DNA of 43,999 nucleotides from an uncultured Eubacteriales bacterium (GCA_964592005.1 CAZQDT010000002.1:1-43999), one strand, 5' to 3'. Positions 19,501 through 28,511 are shown, counted from the stretch's first letter. A program made the numbers and translations. The notes: generated by a model from the sequence alone, not told the origin.

Positions 19501-21249
19501 ATGTTAAAAACACTCGCTAAACAGATAAAACAGTACAAATTGGTTTCATTTTTGACACCGGTGTGTATGGTGGGTGAGGTAATAATGGAGGTTCTTATCC
19601 CTTTTATAACGGCATCTATTATTGATAAAGGAATAGAAGCCGGGGATATAAACCAGGTGTATTTTTATGGTGCAATAATGGTTCTTATGGCTTTTTTAAG
19701 TCTGACGTTTGGTGCATTAGGTGGAAAATTTGGTGCGGCGGCATCTTCTGGCTTTGCCTGTAATTTGAGAGATGCAATGTATGAAAATATACAGCGATTT
19801 TCATTCTCAAATATTGATAAATTTAGTACAGCAGGACTTGTAACCCGTATGACCACAGATGTTACAAATGTTCAAATGGCTTATCAGATGCTTTTAAGAA
19901 TTACAGTAAGAGCACCATTAATGCTTATATGCAGTATGTTTATGTGTTTTTTGATAAATGCAAAATTAAGTTTGGTATTTTTGGTAGCAGTAATTTTTCT
20001 TGGAATAGTTTTGATTTTTATAGTTTCTACTACAATGAAGATATTTGACAATGTATTTAAGAAATATGATGATTTGAATGCAAGTGTTCAGGAAAATGTA
20101 TCTGCAATACGTGTAGTAAAAGCATTTGTAAGAGAAATTTATGAAAATGAAAAATTTAAAAAAGCTTCAGAAAATGTATATAAGCTTTTTGTTAAGGCAG
20201 AAAGCAGAATTGCTTTAAATGGACCAGTTATGATGCTTGTAGTATATGGCTGTATTATATCATTATCATGGTTTGGTGCAAAATTTATAGTTATAGGTGA
20301 CCTTACGACTGGAGAACTTACATCAATGTTTTCCTATGTAATGAGTGTACTTACATCACTTATGATGCTTTCTATGATATTTGTTATGATGACAATGAGT
20401 ATAGCCAGTGCTAAACGTATAGCAGAGGTCATAAATGAAGAACCTGATATTAAAAATCCTGAAAATCCTGTTATGGAAATCAAAGATGGAAGAATTGATT
20501 TTAATAATGTAAGTTTTTCTTATAAACATGGAAGTGGTGAAGAAACATTAAGTAATATTGATTTGCATATTAAATCTGGTGAAACCATAGGAATTATAGG
20601 TGGAACAGGTTGTGGAAAATCAAGTTTTGCAAATCTTATAAGCCGTCTTTACGATGTTAATAATGGAGAAGTGGTAGTAGGTGGCAAAAATGTAAAAGAT
20701 TATGATTTGGAAATTTTAAGAAATAATGTTGCGGTTGTACTTCAGAAAAATGTTTTGTTTTCAGGCACAATTTTAGAGAATTTACGTTGGGGTAAAGAAG
20801 ATGCAACTTTAGAGGAATGTATGGAAGTATGTAAATTGGCATGTGCAGATGAATTTATTGAACGTTTTCCTCAAAAGTATGATACTTGGATTGAACAGGG
20901 CGGTACGAATGTATCCGGAGGACAGAAACAAAGACTTTGTATTGCAAGAGCATTACTTAAAAATCCTAAGATTTTGATATTGGACGATTCAACAAGTGCG
21001 GTAGATACAGCCACAGATGCTAAAATAAGAGCTGCTTTTGCAAATAAAATTCCAAATACTACAAAGATTATAATTGCACAGAGGATTTCAAGTGTTCAGA
21101 ATGCGGATAGAATTTTAGTGTTGGAAGATGGAAAAATAAGTGGTTTTGATACACACGAAAATCTTATTAAAAATAATGAAATTTATGCAGAAATTTATAA
21201 TACTCAAACAAAGGGCGGCGGCGATTTTGATGAGCCGACAGCAGAATAA
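19501..21249 (+). CDS. ABC exporter half-transporter (TMD-NBD), degenerate-site subunit of a heterodimer
   Basis: Six-TM domain plus NBD. Walker A GGTGCGKSS, signature VSGGQKQR. Walker B ILILDD is followed by S, so the catalytic Glu is replaced by Asp. Confidence 0.9.
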   Translation: MLKTLAKQIKQYKLVSFLTPVCMVGEVIMEVLIPFITASIIDKGIEAGDINQVYFYGAIMVLMAFLSLTFGALGGKFGAAASSGFACNLRDAMYENIQRFSFSNIDKFSTAGLVTRMTTDVTNVQMAYQMLLRITVRAPLMLICSMFMCFLINAKLSLVFLVAVIFLGIVLIFIVSTTMKIFDNVFKKYDDLNASVQENVSAIRVVKAFVREIYENEKFKKASENVYKLFVKAESRIALNGPVMMLVVYGCIISLSWFGAKFIVIGDLTTGELTSMFSYVMSVLTSLMMLSMIFVMMTMSIASAKRIAEVINEEPDIKNPENPVMEIKDGRIDFNNVSFSYKHGSGEETLSNIDLHIKSGETIGIIGGTGCGKSSFANLISRLYDVNNGEVVVGGKNVKDYDLEILRNNVAVVLQKNVLFSGTILENLRWGKEDATLEECMEVCKLACADEFIERFPQKYDTWIEQGGTNVSGGQKQRLCIARALLKNPKILILDDSTSAVDTATDAKIRAAFANKIPNTTKIIIAQRISSVQNADRILVLEDGKISGFDTHENLIKNNEIYAEIYNTQTKGGGDFDEPTAE

Positions 21250-21264
21250 AGGAAGGTGAAGAAG

Positions 21265-23148
21265 ATGCCAGAAAAAAAAGAAAGCCCAAAGCTTAATATG
21301 AAAACTTTAAAGAGAGTTTTGTCATATATTTTTAAAAATTACAAATTTAGTTTTATTTTAGTTATAATATGTATTGTTATTACAGCGTTTTCAACACTTA
21401 GAGGAACTTTGTTTATGCAAAGTCTTATAGATGATTATATATTGCCTTTAACAAAAGCCGAAAATCCTGATTTTGGACCTTTGGCACAGGCTTTGCTAAA
21501 TATGGTTGCAATATATGCACTTGGTATTGTATCTTCATATACTTATAATAGAATTATGGTAAATATAACACAGGGAACTTTGAGAAATTTAAGAGTTGAG
21601 TTATTTACTCATATGGAATCTTTGCCTATAAAATATTTTGATACTCATGCACATGGAGATATTATGTCAGTGTATACAAATGATATTGATACTTTAAGAC
21701 AGCTTATAAGCCAAAGTATTCCACAAATAGTAAATTCATCAATTACAATAATAATTACTCTTATAAGTATGATTGCACTTAGTATTCCACTTACAGGAGT
21801 AACTTTACTTATGGTAGGAGTTATGCTTTTTGTAACATCTAAAATCGGGGGGAAATCAGGTTTTTATTTTGTAAAACAGCAAGCAACATTGGGAAAAGTA
21901 AATGGTTATATTGAAGAAATGATGGAAGGTCAGAAAGTAGTTAAGGTATTCTGTCATGAAGAAAAAAGTCTTGAACAGTTTAAGAAAATAAATGAAGACC
22001 TTAGAGAAAGCACAAATAATGCAAATAAGCTTGCTAATATTATGATGCCTATAAATGCCAATATTGGGAATATAAGTTATGTTTTGTGTACAGTAACGGG
22101 TGCAATTATTGCTTTAAGTGGCAAAACTTCACTTACATTGGGAACTTTGGTTTCTTTCCTTACATTAAATAAAGGATTTAATCAGCCAATAATTCAAGTT
22201 AGCCAGCAGTTTAACAGTATTGTTATGGCTATGGCAGGTGCAGAAAGAATATTTAATCTTTTAGATGAAGAACCTGAAATTGATGATGGTTATGTAGAAC
22301 TTGTAAATGCAGAAGAAAATGCAGATGGAACACTTACACCTACTGAAAAACATACGGGAATTTGGGCATGGAAACATTATCATGCAGCAGATAATACAGT
22401 TACTTATACAAAGCTTCAGGGTGAAGTAGTATTTGATGATGTAGATTTTGGGTACAGTGATGATAAAATGGTACTTCATAATATAAAAATGTTTGCAGAA
22501 CCTGGTCAGAAGATAGCTTTTGTAGGAAGTACGGGAGCAGGAAAGACTACAATTACAAACCTTATAAATCGTTTTTATGATATTCAAGATGGAAAGATAC
22601 GTTATGACAGTATAAATATTAATAAAATTAAAAAATCTGATTTAAGGCGTTCTTTAGGAATTGTTTTACAAGATACACATCTTTTTACAGGTACGGTAAT
22701 GGATAATATAAGATATGGTAAATTAGATGCGACAGATGAAGAATGTATTGCGGCAGCAAAGCTTGCAAATGCACATAGTTTTATTAAACGTCTTCCAGAG
22801 GGTTATAATACAATGCTTAGAGGAGATGGAGGAAATCTTAGTCAAGGACAGCGTCAGCTTTTAGCAATAGCAAGGGCAGCGGTAGCAGACCCTCCAGTAC
22901 TTATTCTTGATGAGGCAACATCTTCTATTGATACACGTACTGAAACGCTGGTACAAGACGGAATGGATAAACTTATGAAAGGCAGAACTACTTTTGTAAT
23001 AGCTCATAGACTTTCAACTGTACGAAATTCAAATTGTATAATGGTTTTAGAGCAGGGAAGAATTATAGAACGTGGTCCACACGATAAATTGATAGAAGAA
23101 AAAGGAAGATACTATCAGCTCTACACAGGAAATGCAATAGGAGAATAA
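21265..23148 (+). CDS. ABC exporter half-transporter (TMD-NBD), consensus-site subunit of a heterodimer
   Basis: Walker A GSTGAGKTT and canonical Walker B LILDEATSSID, but a non-canonical signature LSQGQRQ. AAGGAAGG lies 8 nt upstream of ATG 21265 (ORF track starts at GTG 21256). Confidence 0.9.
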   Translation: MPEKKESPKLNMKTLKRVLSYIFKNYKFSFILVIICIVITAFSTLRGTLFMQSLIDDYILPLTKAENPDFGPLAQALLNMVAIYALGIVSSYTYNRIMVNITQGTLRNLRVELFTHMESLPIKYFDTHAHGDIMSVYTNDIDTLRQLISQSIPQIVNSSITIIITLISMIALSIPLTGVTLLMVGVMLFVTSKIGGKSGFYFVKQQATLGKVNGYIEEMMEGQKVVKVFCHEEKSLEQFKKINEDLRESTNNANKLANIMMPINANIGNISYVLCTVTGAIIALSGKTSLTLGTLVSFLTLNKGFNQPIIQVSQQFNSIVMAMAGAERIFNLLDEEPEIDDGYVELVNAEENADGTLTPTEKHTGIWAWKHYHAADNTVTYTKLQGEVVFDDVDFGYSDDKMVLHNIKMFAEPGQKIAFVGSTGAGKTTITNLINRFYDIQDGKIRYDSININKIKKSDLRRSLGIVLQDTHLFTGTVMDNIRYGKLDATDEECIAAAKLANAHSFIKRLPEGYNTMLRGDGGNLSQGQRQLLAIARAAVADPPVLILDEATSSIDTRTETLVQDGMDKLMKGRTTFVIAHRLSTVRNSNCIMVLEQGRIIERGPHDKLIEEKGRYYQLYTGNAIGE

Positions 23149-23154
23149 AATAAA

Positions 23155-23190
23155 ATCCCCTGATAATAATTGTCAGGGGATAAATTTTTG
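23155..23190 (+). terminator. Terminator of the ABC exporter operon
   Basis: TCCCCTGA (23156-23163) / TCAGGGGA (23173-23180) followed by a T-rich tract. Confidence 0.75.
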
Positions 23191-23209
23191 AAAAAATTTA
23201 AAAAATATG

Positions 23210-23238
23210 TTGACAAATAAAAATAAAAGTGATAAGAT
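23210..23238 (+). promoter_or_regulatory. Sigma-A promoter of tRNA-Lys
   Basis: TTGACA (23210-23215), 17 nt, TGATAAGAT (extended -10; TAAGAT at 23233-23238), about 35 nt upstream of the tRNA. Confidence 0.65.
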
Positions 23239-23272
23239 ATATCTTGCGTTGGTGATACAACAAATTAAATAA

Positions 23273-23345
23273 GCGCTTCTAGCTCAGTTGGTAGAGCGCC
23301 TGACTCTTAATCAGGATGTCCAGGGTTCGAGTCCCTGGAGGCGCA
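23273..23345 (+). tRNA. tRNA-Lys (anticodon CUU)
   Basis: Acceptor GCGCTTC/GAGGCGC. D-arm AGCTCAGTTGGTAGAGC. Anticodon loop CTCTTAA (CTT). T-arm CAGGG-TTCGAGT-CCCTG. Discriminator A. No encoded CCA. Confidence 0.9.
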
Positions 23346-23354
23346 GCTTAAAGT

Positions 23355-23393
23355 CTTAGTTTTACAAGAAGTTGTAAGGTTAGGGCTTTTTTA
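23355..23393 (+). terminator. Putative terminator after tRNA-Lys
   Basis: G-U-rich stem CTTAGTTTTACAA / TTGTAAGGTTAGG followed by CTTTTTT. A second hairpin, AACAAAGAGGC/GCCTCTTTGTT (23406-23435), straddles the stop of the next minus-strand gene. Confidence 0.5.
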
Positions 23394-23420
23394 TTTTATA
23401 AATTAAACAAAGAGGCATTT

Positions 23421-24299
23421 TTACGCCTCTTTGTTATTCAAAAAAGAAATATTGCCTAAAAGACAACAAGTTCCATAAAATCTCATATTAGGCTGAGAAA
23501 AACCTTCCAAATCTTTAGAATTTATGTATAGATTTAATTTTGTTCCAAGTATATCAAGTGTTAAAAAGGTAATTTCTTCGCCAGTTGAATTATTGTAAAG
23601 ATTTTGGGTTTCAATTATATCTCCTATAATTCTATATTCACAAGTATTTATATCAGTCGGGATGAAACAGCTTTCAACAATAGAAAATAAATCTTCATTT
23701 TCTAATCTTTCGATAAGAGAATCCTCGCATTGAGATTTTTGCAGTTCAAGAGTTTGCAAAGCATTTTCATCGCCCTCTCTCGAAAGAGCCAGAAGTCTAC
23801 GAAAATCATCTTCTTCCTGTTGTTCAATGATTAAATCATCTTTATTTTTATATATTGGAAATATAATTTTTCCTGAATTAGAAAAAGCAGAAAGAGAAAC
23901 ATTGTCAATAAATATTTCTGATTTTTCAGCTTCTATAAATTCTGAAGTGTTTTGTAGTGAAAAGATTATGTTATTTCCATTTAATTTATCTTCACATTCA
24001 ATTATAACTTCGTAATTGTCGATTTTATGAGCTTCAGAATTTATTATAGAGATTTTTTCGGTATTTTCTGTATAAATATCCCAATTTTCAACGATTAGCT
24101 TGTCTTCTTCTGTAAGACTGCCTTTTACAACAATTCCAAATCCTTTTCCAAAAATTTTTAAATAATCTGCAAGTCCTATTTTTTCATCTAAAGAAATTAC
24201 AGAATGTTTATCGCACTCTTCAATTACTTCATTCAATAATTTTTCAAGTTTTTTCCCATTTTCTATATTGCTAAAACCAATAGCACGTAAAAAATTCAT
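23421..24299 (-). CDS. Conserved hypothetical protein (resembles the DUF3881 family, from memory only)
   Basis: 292 aa, cytoplasmic, acidic. The N-terminus MNFLRAIGFSN resembles the start of clostridial DUF3881-type proteins. No catalytic motif recognised. Confidence 0.55.
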   Translation of the reverse strand: MNFLRAIGFSNIENGKKLEKLLNEVIEECDKHSVISLDEKIGLADYLKIFGKGFGIVVKGSLTEEDKLIVENWDIYTENTEKISIINSEAHKIDNYEVIIECEDKLNGNNIIFSLQNTSEFIEAEKSEIFIDNVSLSAFSNSGKIIFPIYKNKDDLIIEQQEEDDFRRLLALSREGDENALQTLELQKSQCEDSLIERLENEDLFSIVESCFIPTDINTCEYRIIGDIIETQNLYNNSTGEEITFLTLDILGTKLNLYINSKDLEGFSQPNMRFYGTCCLLGNISFLNNKEA

Positions 24300-24409
24300 T
24301 TAAATTACAACCCCTTTTTAATATTAAGCAAATAGTTTTAGTTTATTTTTAACTAAGTAGATTATAACTGAAAGTGATAATAAAGTCTATGAAGTTTTTT
24401 GGAAAAAAG

Positions 24410-24440
24410 CTAATGAAAAGCTCCCTCAAAGGAGGGAGCA
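24410..24440 (-). terminator. Terminator of the rhamnosidase gene
   Basis: GCTCCCTC (24420-24427) / GAGGGAGC (24432-24439), loop AAAG. A T-run follows on the minus strand. Confidence 0.75.
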
Positions 24441-24447
24441 GGAATTT

Positions 24448-27400
24448 TTAAAGGATAACCTCAAATTTATATGTTCCACTTGAAACATTATAAACTGCTC
24501 GGTTATTTTCAATACCTATATATTTTATATTAGTGCCGATTACATTAATAGAAACATTTTTAGTATTATTTAAAGGAAGGTGTATAACAGCAGATGAATT
24601 TACTGGTACAGTACATTCATATATAAATTTATTATTTTCTAATTTCCATTCGGATTTAATAATTCCATATGGAGATTTATGCCATCCTTTGGCATATGTG
24701 AGGTTACCGCCAAAAGTAGGAGTAAGAATTAATTTTTTATATCCATTTTCGCCTAATTTATCACTTGAATTTATACCTAAAATTCTGCTGTACATCCATT
24801 CACCGATAGCACCATAGGAATAATGGTTAAATGAATTCATAGAAACATCACCAAATTGACCAGTTTCTGCAATATATGAATTCCAACGTTCCCATATAGT
24901 GGTAGCACCATTTATTACACTATAAAGCCAGCTAGGATTTTCTGTCTGTTCAAGTAAAGCAAATGCAATTTCATCAAGTCCTACTTTTGTAAGAGCAGGT
25001 GCAAGATGAGAAATTCCTAAAAATCCTACTGAAAGTTTGCCATTTCTGTCATCTATTGACTGTTTAAATCCTTTGGCTGCACCTGCAAGTTTTTCTTCAG
25101 GAATAAGTTCAAAATCTATGGCAAGGGCATAAGCTGTCTGACTTGGATGATTTGGGTTACCTTCTTCGTTTGAGTAATAAGTCTGATTGATAATATTACC
25201 ATTTATGTCAGTATTTGACTTGCTCATTTCTCCCCAATATCCTAAAGTACCATCTTCTTTAACCCAAGCTTCATTAAATGCCTGTTTTATATTTTCAAAA
25301 CGTTGTGAATATTTTTTAACATCTTCTGTTTTTCCTAATATTTCAGCTGTTTTAATCATCAATTTGCATACATAAGCTGCATAAGCAGTAGCTGAAAGTA
25401 TAAAAGGAGTAGTTTCGTCAAATGTCAAATGGTCACCACGTCTTTGTTGAACCTGTATAAATGGAATGCTTGCCATATCAGATTTTTCAGGTACTTCTAT
25501 ACCATCTACTTTTCTTACTCCGTAATTTTGGCGGGAATCCATACTTTGATAGTCAATCCATTTTGCCATCATTTCATAGTTGTCTTCAAGAAAGCTTACA
25601 TCTCCATAAGCCTGATACATCTCCCAAGGTACAATTACTCCTGCGTCTGCCCAGCCTGCACAGCCATCAGCACGATTATCACCGCCTAAAGGAGCAGTAT
25701 CCGGAACAGCACCATCTTTATTATACATAATCTGTCCGTCAATTACATCAATAAGCCATTTTTGTGTAAAAGCAGAAACATTCATATTAAAAGCGGCAGT
25801 TTTAGCAAATACCTGTGCATCGCCTGTCCAACCCATACGTTCATTTCTTTGAGGGCAGTCAGTAGGTACAAGCAGATAATTTCCTCTCTGACCCCATTCG
25901 ATATTGCTCTGAAGCTTGTTTATGAGTTCATTTGAACATTCAAAACCACCTGTGGTTTCTGATATATTGCAAAGTACAAGACCTTCAATATTTAATATCA
26001 TATCGTTATTTTCGAGTTCAAAACCATTTCCGGTGATTTCCACATAACGGAAACCATGTGAAGTGTATGAAGGTACAAAAGTTTCTCCGGCAGGGTTGCC
26101 ATTTAATATGTAGGTGTCAGTATTTGCGGCTGAACGAATATTCATTATGTAAATTTCACCATTTTTGTAACTCATTTCACCATATCTGAGTTTTAAAGAA
26201 GTATTTTTTTGTCCTTTTACTTTAAGACAGATTGTACCAACCATATTTTGTCCAAAATCATATACAAAATGTCCTTTTGGATTTTCAATCACAGAAATTG
26301 GTTTTAATTTTTTTACAATCTGGGCAGTAGGACCTTCTTGTGCTGAAAGAATGAATTTAATGTTGTCATCTAAAGTTCCGTTTGTAGGAATTACTTTTTC
26401 AGTCCATTCTTTTACTCCACAAGATATCCAAGAAGAAGTATCGAGCTTTCCGTCTGACCAATCTGCAAATTCAAGTCTTGCATCATAATATTCTCCGTTA
26501 AAATAATCCGAGTCTGTAATAGGTCCTTTTTCTGTAAATTTCCAATTTTTATCAGTAACTATGATGTCTTGTGTACCATCTTCGTAAGTTATTACAAGTT
26601 TTCCAATAAAATAATTTTCAAAACCATATTTCATAGCACCTGAATAACCGCAAAAACCAGAGTAATGACCTTTTCCGATGGTTGCGAGGATTGCATTTGT
26701 ACCATTTTTAAGCATATTTGTAACATCAAATGTCTGATATTGTATTCTTAAACGATAATCTGTAAATCCGGGATTAAAAAAATCTTCACCGACTTTTTTA
26801 TTATTTATGTAAGCATAGTAAAAACCTTTTGAAGCAGCATATAAACGTGCAGATTTTATTTCTTTTGTTATCTCAAAGTTAGTAGCTACATTTACAGCAG
26901 GTACCGGACAAACTATTTCAAAACTGTTTGAAACTATAAGTTTTCCATCTGAAACTTTACCTAAAGCTGAAAAAATTCCATCATTTGTAGAAAAATCATC
27001 TTCATTAATTATAAGTCCTGTTTTATTATTTGTTATTTTTATATTGTCATATACTGCACAGCTTTCTTCTTGTTTAAAACCGATGGACATTAAGCAGGCA
27101 CGTCTAGGCTGATTTTTAGGGTTTGCAGGCATTAATTCAGTTTCTTCAATTATAGTAATATCATTTATTTTTAAAATAATGTCTCTGCCTGTTACTTTTA
27201 ATTCAAAATTATTTTGGGAATATTCTTGACCTTCTTTTACAGCTTCTTTTGAGATAATATAGCCGTCTTTATTTCCTCTTAATTCTATTGATGGAATATT
27301 GCCGTCTGCATAACTTCCAAGCCATGCGTTATCACAGTATTCATATACTTTTATAATGCGATTATCCATATCTATTTCAAAAAGTACATAGTTGTCTTTA

Positions 27401-27888
27401 TTTCTTGCGGCAGTAACAATACCTGCATTATTTCCTTTATTTACTTGAAAGTCTACACTAAAGGAATACGAGTCTAAAGCGGAAGTATTTGTAACTGTAC
27501 GAGGATTTCCTATCCACTGTGCATTGCTCCATACAGATTTGTCATTGCCCATAAGACCTGTTTCAAACCATTGTATTTTACTTGTTGCACTGTTTTTATT
27601 TTTATCCCAAAGAGTTACTTGCCAGTAATATTTTGTCATGGCTTCAAGTTTTTGACCTTTATAAACTATGTTACAAGCTTTATCTGAATTTATTTTTCCA
27701 CTGTTCCAAATTTCATTTTCTAAATTGGAATTTTTAGATACAATTATTTGATAGGCAACTTGAGCTGAATTATTTAATATTTCGTCAGAGTACCAGCTAA
27801 AATGTGGATTTTTATCAATACCTAAAGGATTTTTCATATAATTTATTTCCATATTTCTAGGGTGATTGCAAGCAATACCCTCTGTCAC
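24448..27888 (-). CDS. Glycoside hydrolase family 78 alpha-L-rhamnosidase (large, no signal peptide)
   Basis: N-terminal NPLGIDKNPHFSW. ARLYAASKGFYYAYINNKKVGEDFFNPGFTDYRLRIQYQTFDV. Catalytic-domain hallmark PTDCPQRNERMGWTGDAQVF. An extra region of about 220 aa lies between the N-terminal and central domains. Start uncertain: GTG 27888 abuts the SD; ATG 27852 or 27837 are alternatives. Confidence 0.9.
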   Translation of the reverse strand: MTEGIACNHPRNMEINYMKNPLGIDKNPHFSWYSDEILNNSAQVAYQIIVSKNSNLENEIWNSGKINSDKACNIVYKGQKLEAMTKYYWQVTLWDKNKNSATSKIQWFETGLMGNDKSVWSNAQWIGNPRTVTNTSALDSYSFSVDFQVNKGNNAGIVTAARNKDNYVLFEIDMDNRIIKVYEYCDNAWLGSYADGNIPSIELRGNKDGYIISKEAVKEGQEYSQNNFELKVTGRDIILKINDITIIEETELMPANPKNQPRRACLMSIGFKQEESCAVYDNIKITNNKTGLIINEDDFSTNDGIFSALGKVSDGKLIVSNSFEIVCPVPAVNVATNFEITKEIKSARLYAASKGFYYAYINNKKVGEDFFNPGFTDYRLRIQYQTFDVTNMLKNGTNAILATIGKGHYSGFCGYSGAMKYGFENYFIGKLVITYEDGTQDIIVTDKNWKFTEKGPITDSDYFNGEYYDARLEFADWSDGKLDTSSWISCGVKEWTEKVIPTNGTLDDNIKFILSAQEGPTAQIVKKLKPISVIENPKGHFVYDFGQNMVGTICLKVKGQKNTSLKLRYGEMSYKNGEIYIMNIRSAANTDTYILNGNPAGETFVPSYTSHGFRYVEITGNGFELENNDMILNIEGLVLCNISETTGGFECSNELINKLQSNIEWGQRGNYLLVPTDCPQRNERMGWTGDAQVFAKTAAFNMNVSAFTQKWLIDVIDGQIMYNKDGAVPDTAPLGGDNRADGCAGWADAGVIVPWEMYQAYGDVSFLEDNYEMMAKWIDYQSMDSRQNYGVRKVDGIEVPEKSDMASIPFIQVQQRRGDHLTFDETTPFILSATAYAAYVCKLMIKTAEILGKTEDVKKYSQRFENIKQAFNEAWVKEDGTLGYWGEMSKSNTDINGNIINQTYYSNEEGNPNHPSQTAYALAIDFELIPEEKLAGAAKGFKQSIDDRNGKLSVGFLGISHLAPALTKVGLDEIAFALLEQTENPSWLYSVINGATTIWERWNSYIAETGQFGDVSMNSFNHYSYGAIGEWMYSRILGINSSDKLGENGYKKLILTPTFGGNLTYAKGWHKSPYGIIKSEWKLENNKFIYECTVPVNSSAVIHLPLNNTKNVSINVIGTNIKYIGIENNRAVYNVSSGTYKFEVIL

Positions 27889-27909
27889 TTCCTTTCTAAA
27901 AAATTTTAA

Positions 27910-27949
27910 AGCTGTGCATTGTATTTTCTAATTTTAAGTTGCACAAGCT
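27910..27949 (-). promoter_or_regulatory. Leader hairpin upstream of the rhamnosidase start (possible attenuator)
   Basis: Minus strand reads AGCTTGTGCA ... TGCACAGCT (9 bp plus one bulge), followed by TTTAAAATTTTTT and then the SD. A candidate promoter, TTGCTA-17-TAAAAT, lies further upstream on the minus strand. Confidence 0.35.
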
Positions 27950-28068
27950 CGTTTGGTTATATTTTATGATATTTTTACGGAAATAGCAATGTATAAATGA
28001 ATATTATAATTGAATTTTTCAATTGGGTTTATTTGATTTTAATTTTTGTAAATTAACATAAATTTCAA

Positions 28069-28097
28069 TTGACTTAATTTAGAAAAGTGAATATAAT
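28069..28097 (+). promoter_or_regulatory. Near-consensus sigma-A promoter with no obvious gene
   Basis: TTGACT (28069-28074), exactly 17 nt, TATAAT (28092-28097). Confidence 0.6.
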
Positions 28098-28103
28098 ATA
28101 AGT

Positions 28104-28200
28104 AGTAACATAGAAGTTTGACTTCATCAATTATGAGTCCTGTGACGGTTTTGACAGGACGGTAAAATAAAAAATGACCGAGTGATGAAGAAGTGAAATT
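28104..28200 (+). ncRNA. Candidate structured RNA (nested helix plus H-type pseudoknot), class unknown
   Basis: Outer helix CTTCATCA (28122-28129) / TGATGAAG (28183-28190). Inner GC-rich hairpin GTCCTGT (28137-28143) / ACAGGAC (28154-28160). Loop CGGT (28146-28149) is complementary to ACCG (28177-28180), which follows an A-rich tract. The element is locally GC-rich in AT-rich spacer. Confidence 0.3.
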
Positions 28201-28254
28201 ACACATAACTATGCTTATCATTTTAAAAAAACTCAAAGGTCGTTACAACATAAA

Positions 28255-28511
28255 TCAGGTTTAGATTATACTAAAATTGTAATATTGAATAAAACTGAAT
28301 ATTTGGATAATAAAGATGCAATTATTGATAAAGATGAGTTTAATGAAATGATAGTACATTTGGAAAAAATAAAAAACAGGCACTTGAATTTGTTGAAGAT
28401 TATATTGAACATATTAAAGGAAATAAATTATTGCATTTGTCTGAATTTAAAAGAAGGTATCAATTTTTACTATTAAAATATTTTTATAAAGAACTTGGAA
28501 TTGAGAGTTGA
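28255..28511 (+). pseudogene. Frame-disrupted small ORF or gene remnant
   Basis: Frame 0 is open from 28255 to 28476 without an ATG+SD start. The -1 frame continues coding-like (KQALEFVEDYIEHIKGNKLLHLSEFKRRYQ...) to TGA 28509-28511. The switch point is A-AAA-AAC at 28371-28377. Confidence 0.35.

Noticed and set aside
28133-28165. 10-codon ORF (MSPVTVLTGR) as a leader peptide
   Set aside because: It has no SD, and the reading frame simply coincides with the GC-rich hairpin.
28122-28190. Assignment of the pseudoknot element to a known riboswitch class (preQ1-I, SAM-II, guanidine-II/III, glutamine, c-di-GMP-I/II, fluoride)
   Set aside because: Only the general hairpin plus A-rich-tail architecture is similar. 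The conserved nucleotides I recall for these classes are absent, so it is reported only as an unclassified candidate.
28039-28236. 65-aa minus-strand ORF in the rhamnosidase-deacetylase spacer
   Set aside because: It has no SD and an implausible composition. It overlaps the plus-strand promoter and structured element, which explain the region better.
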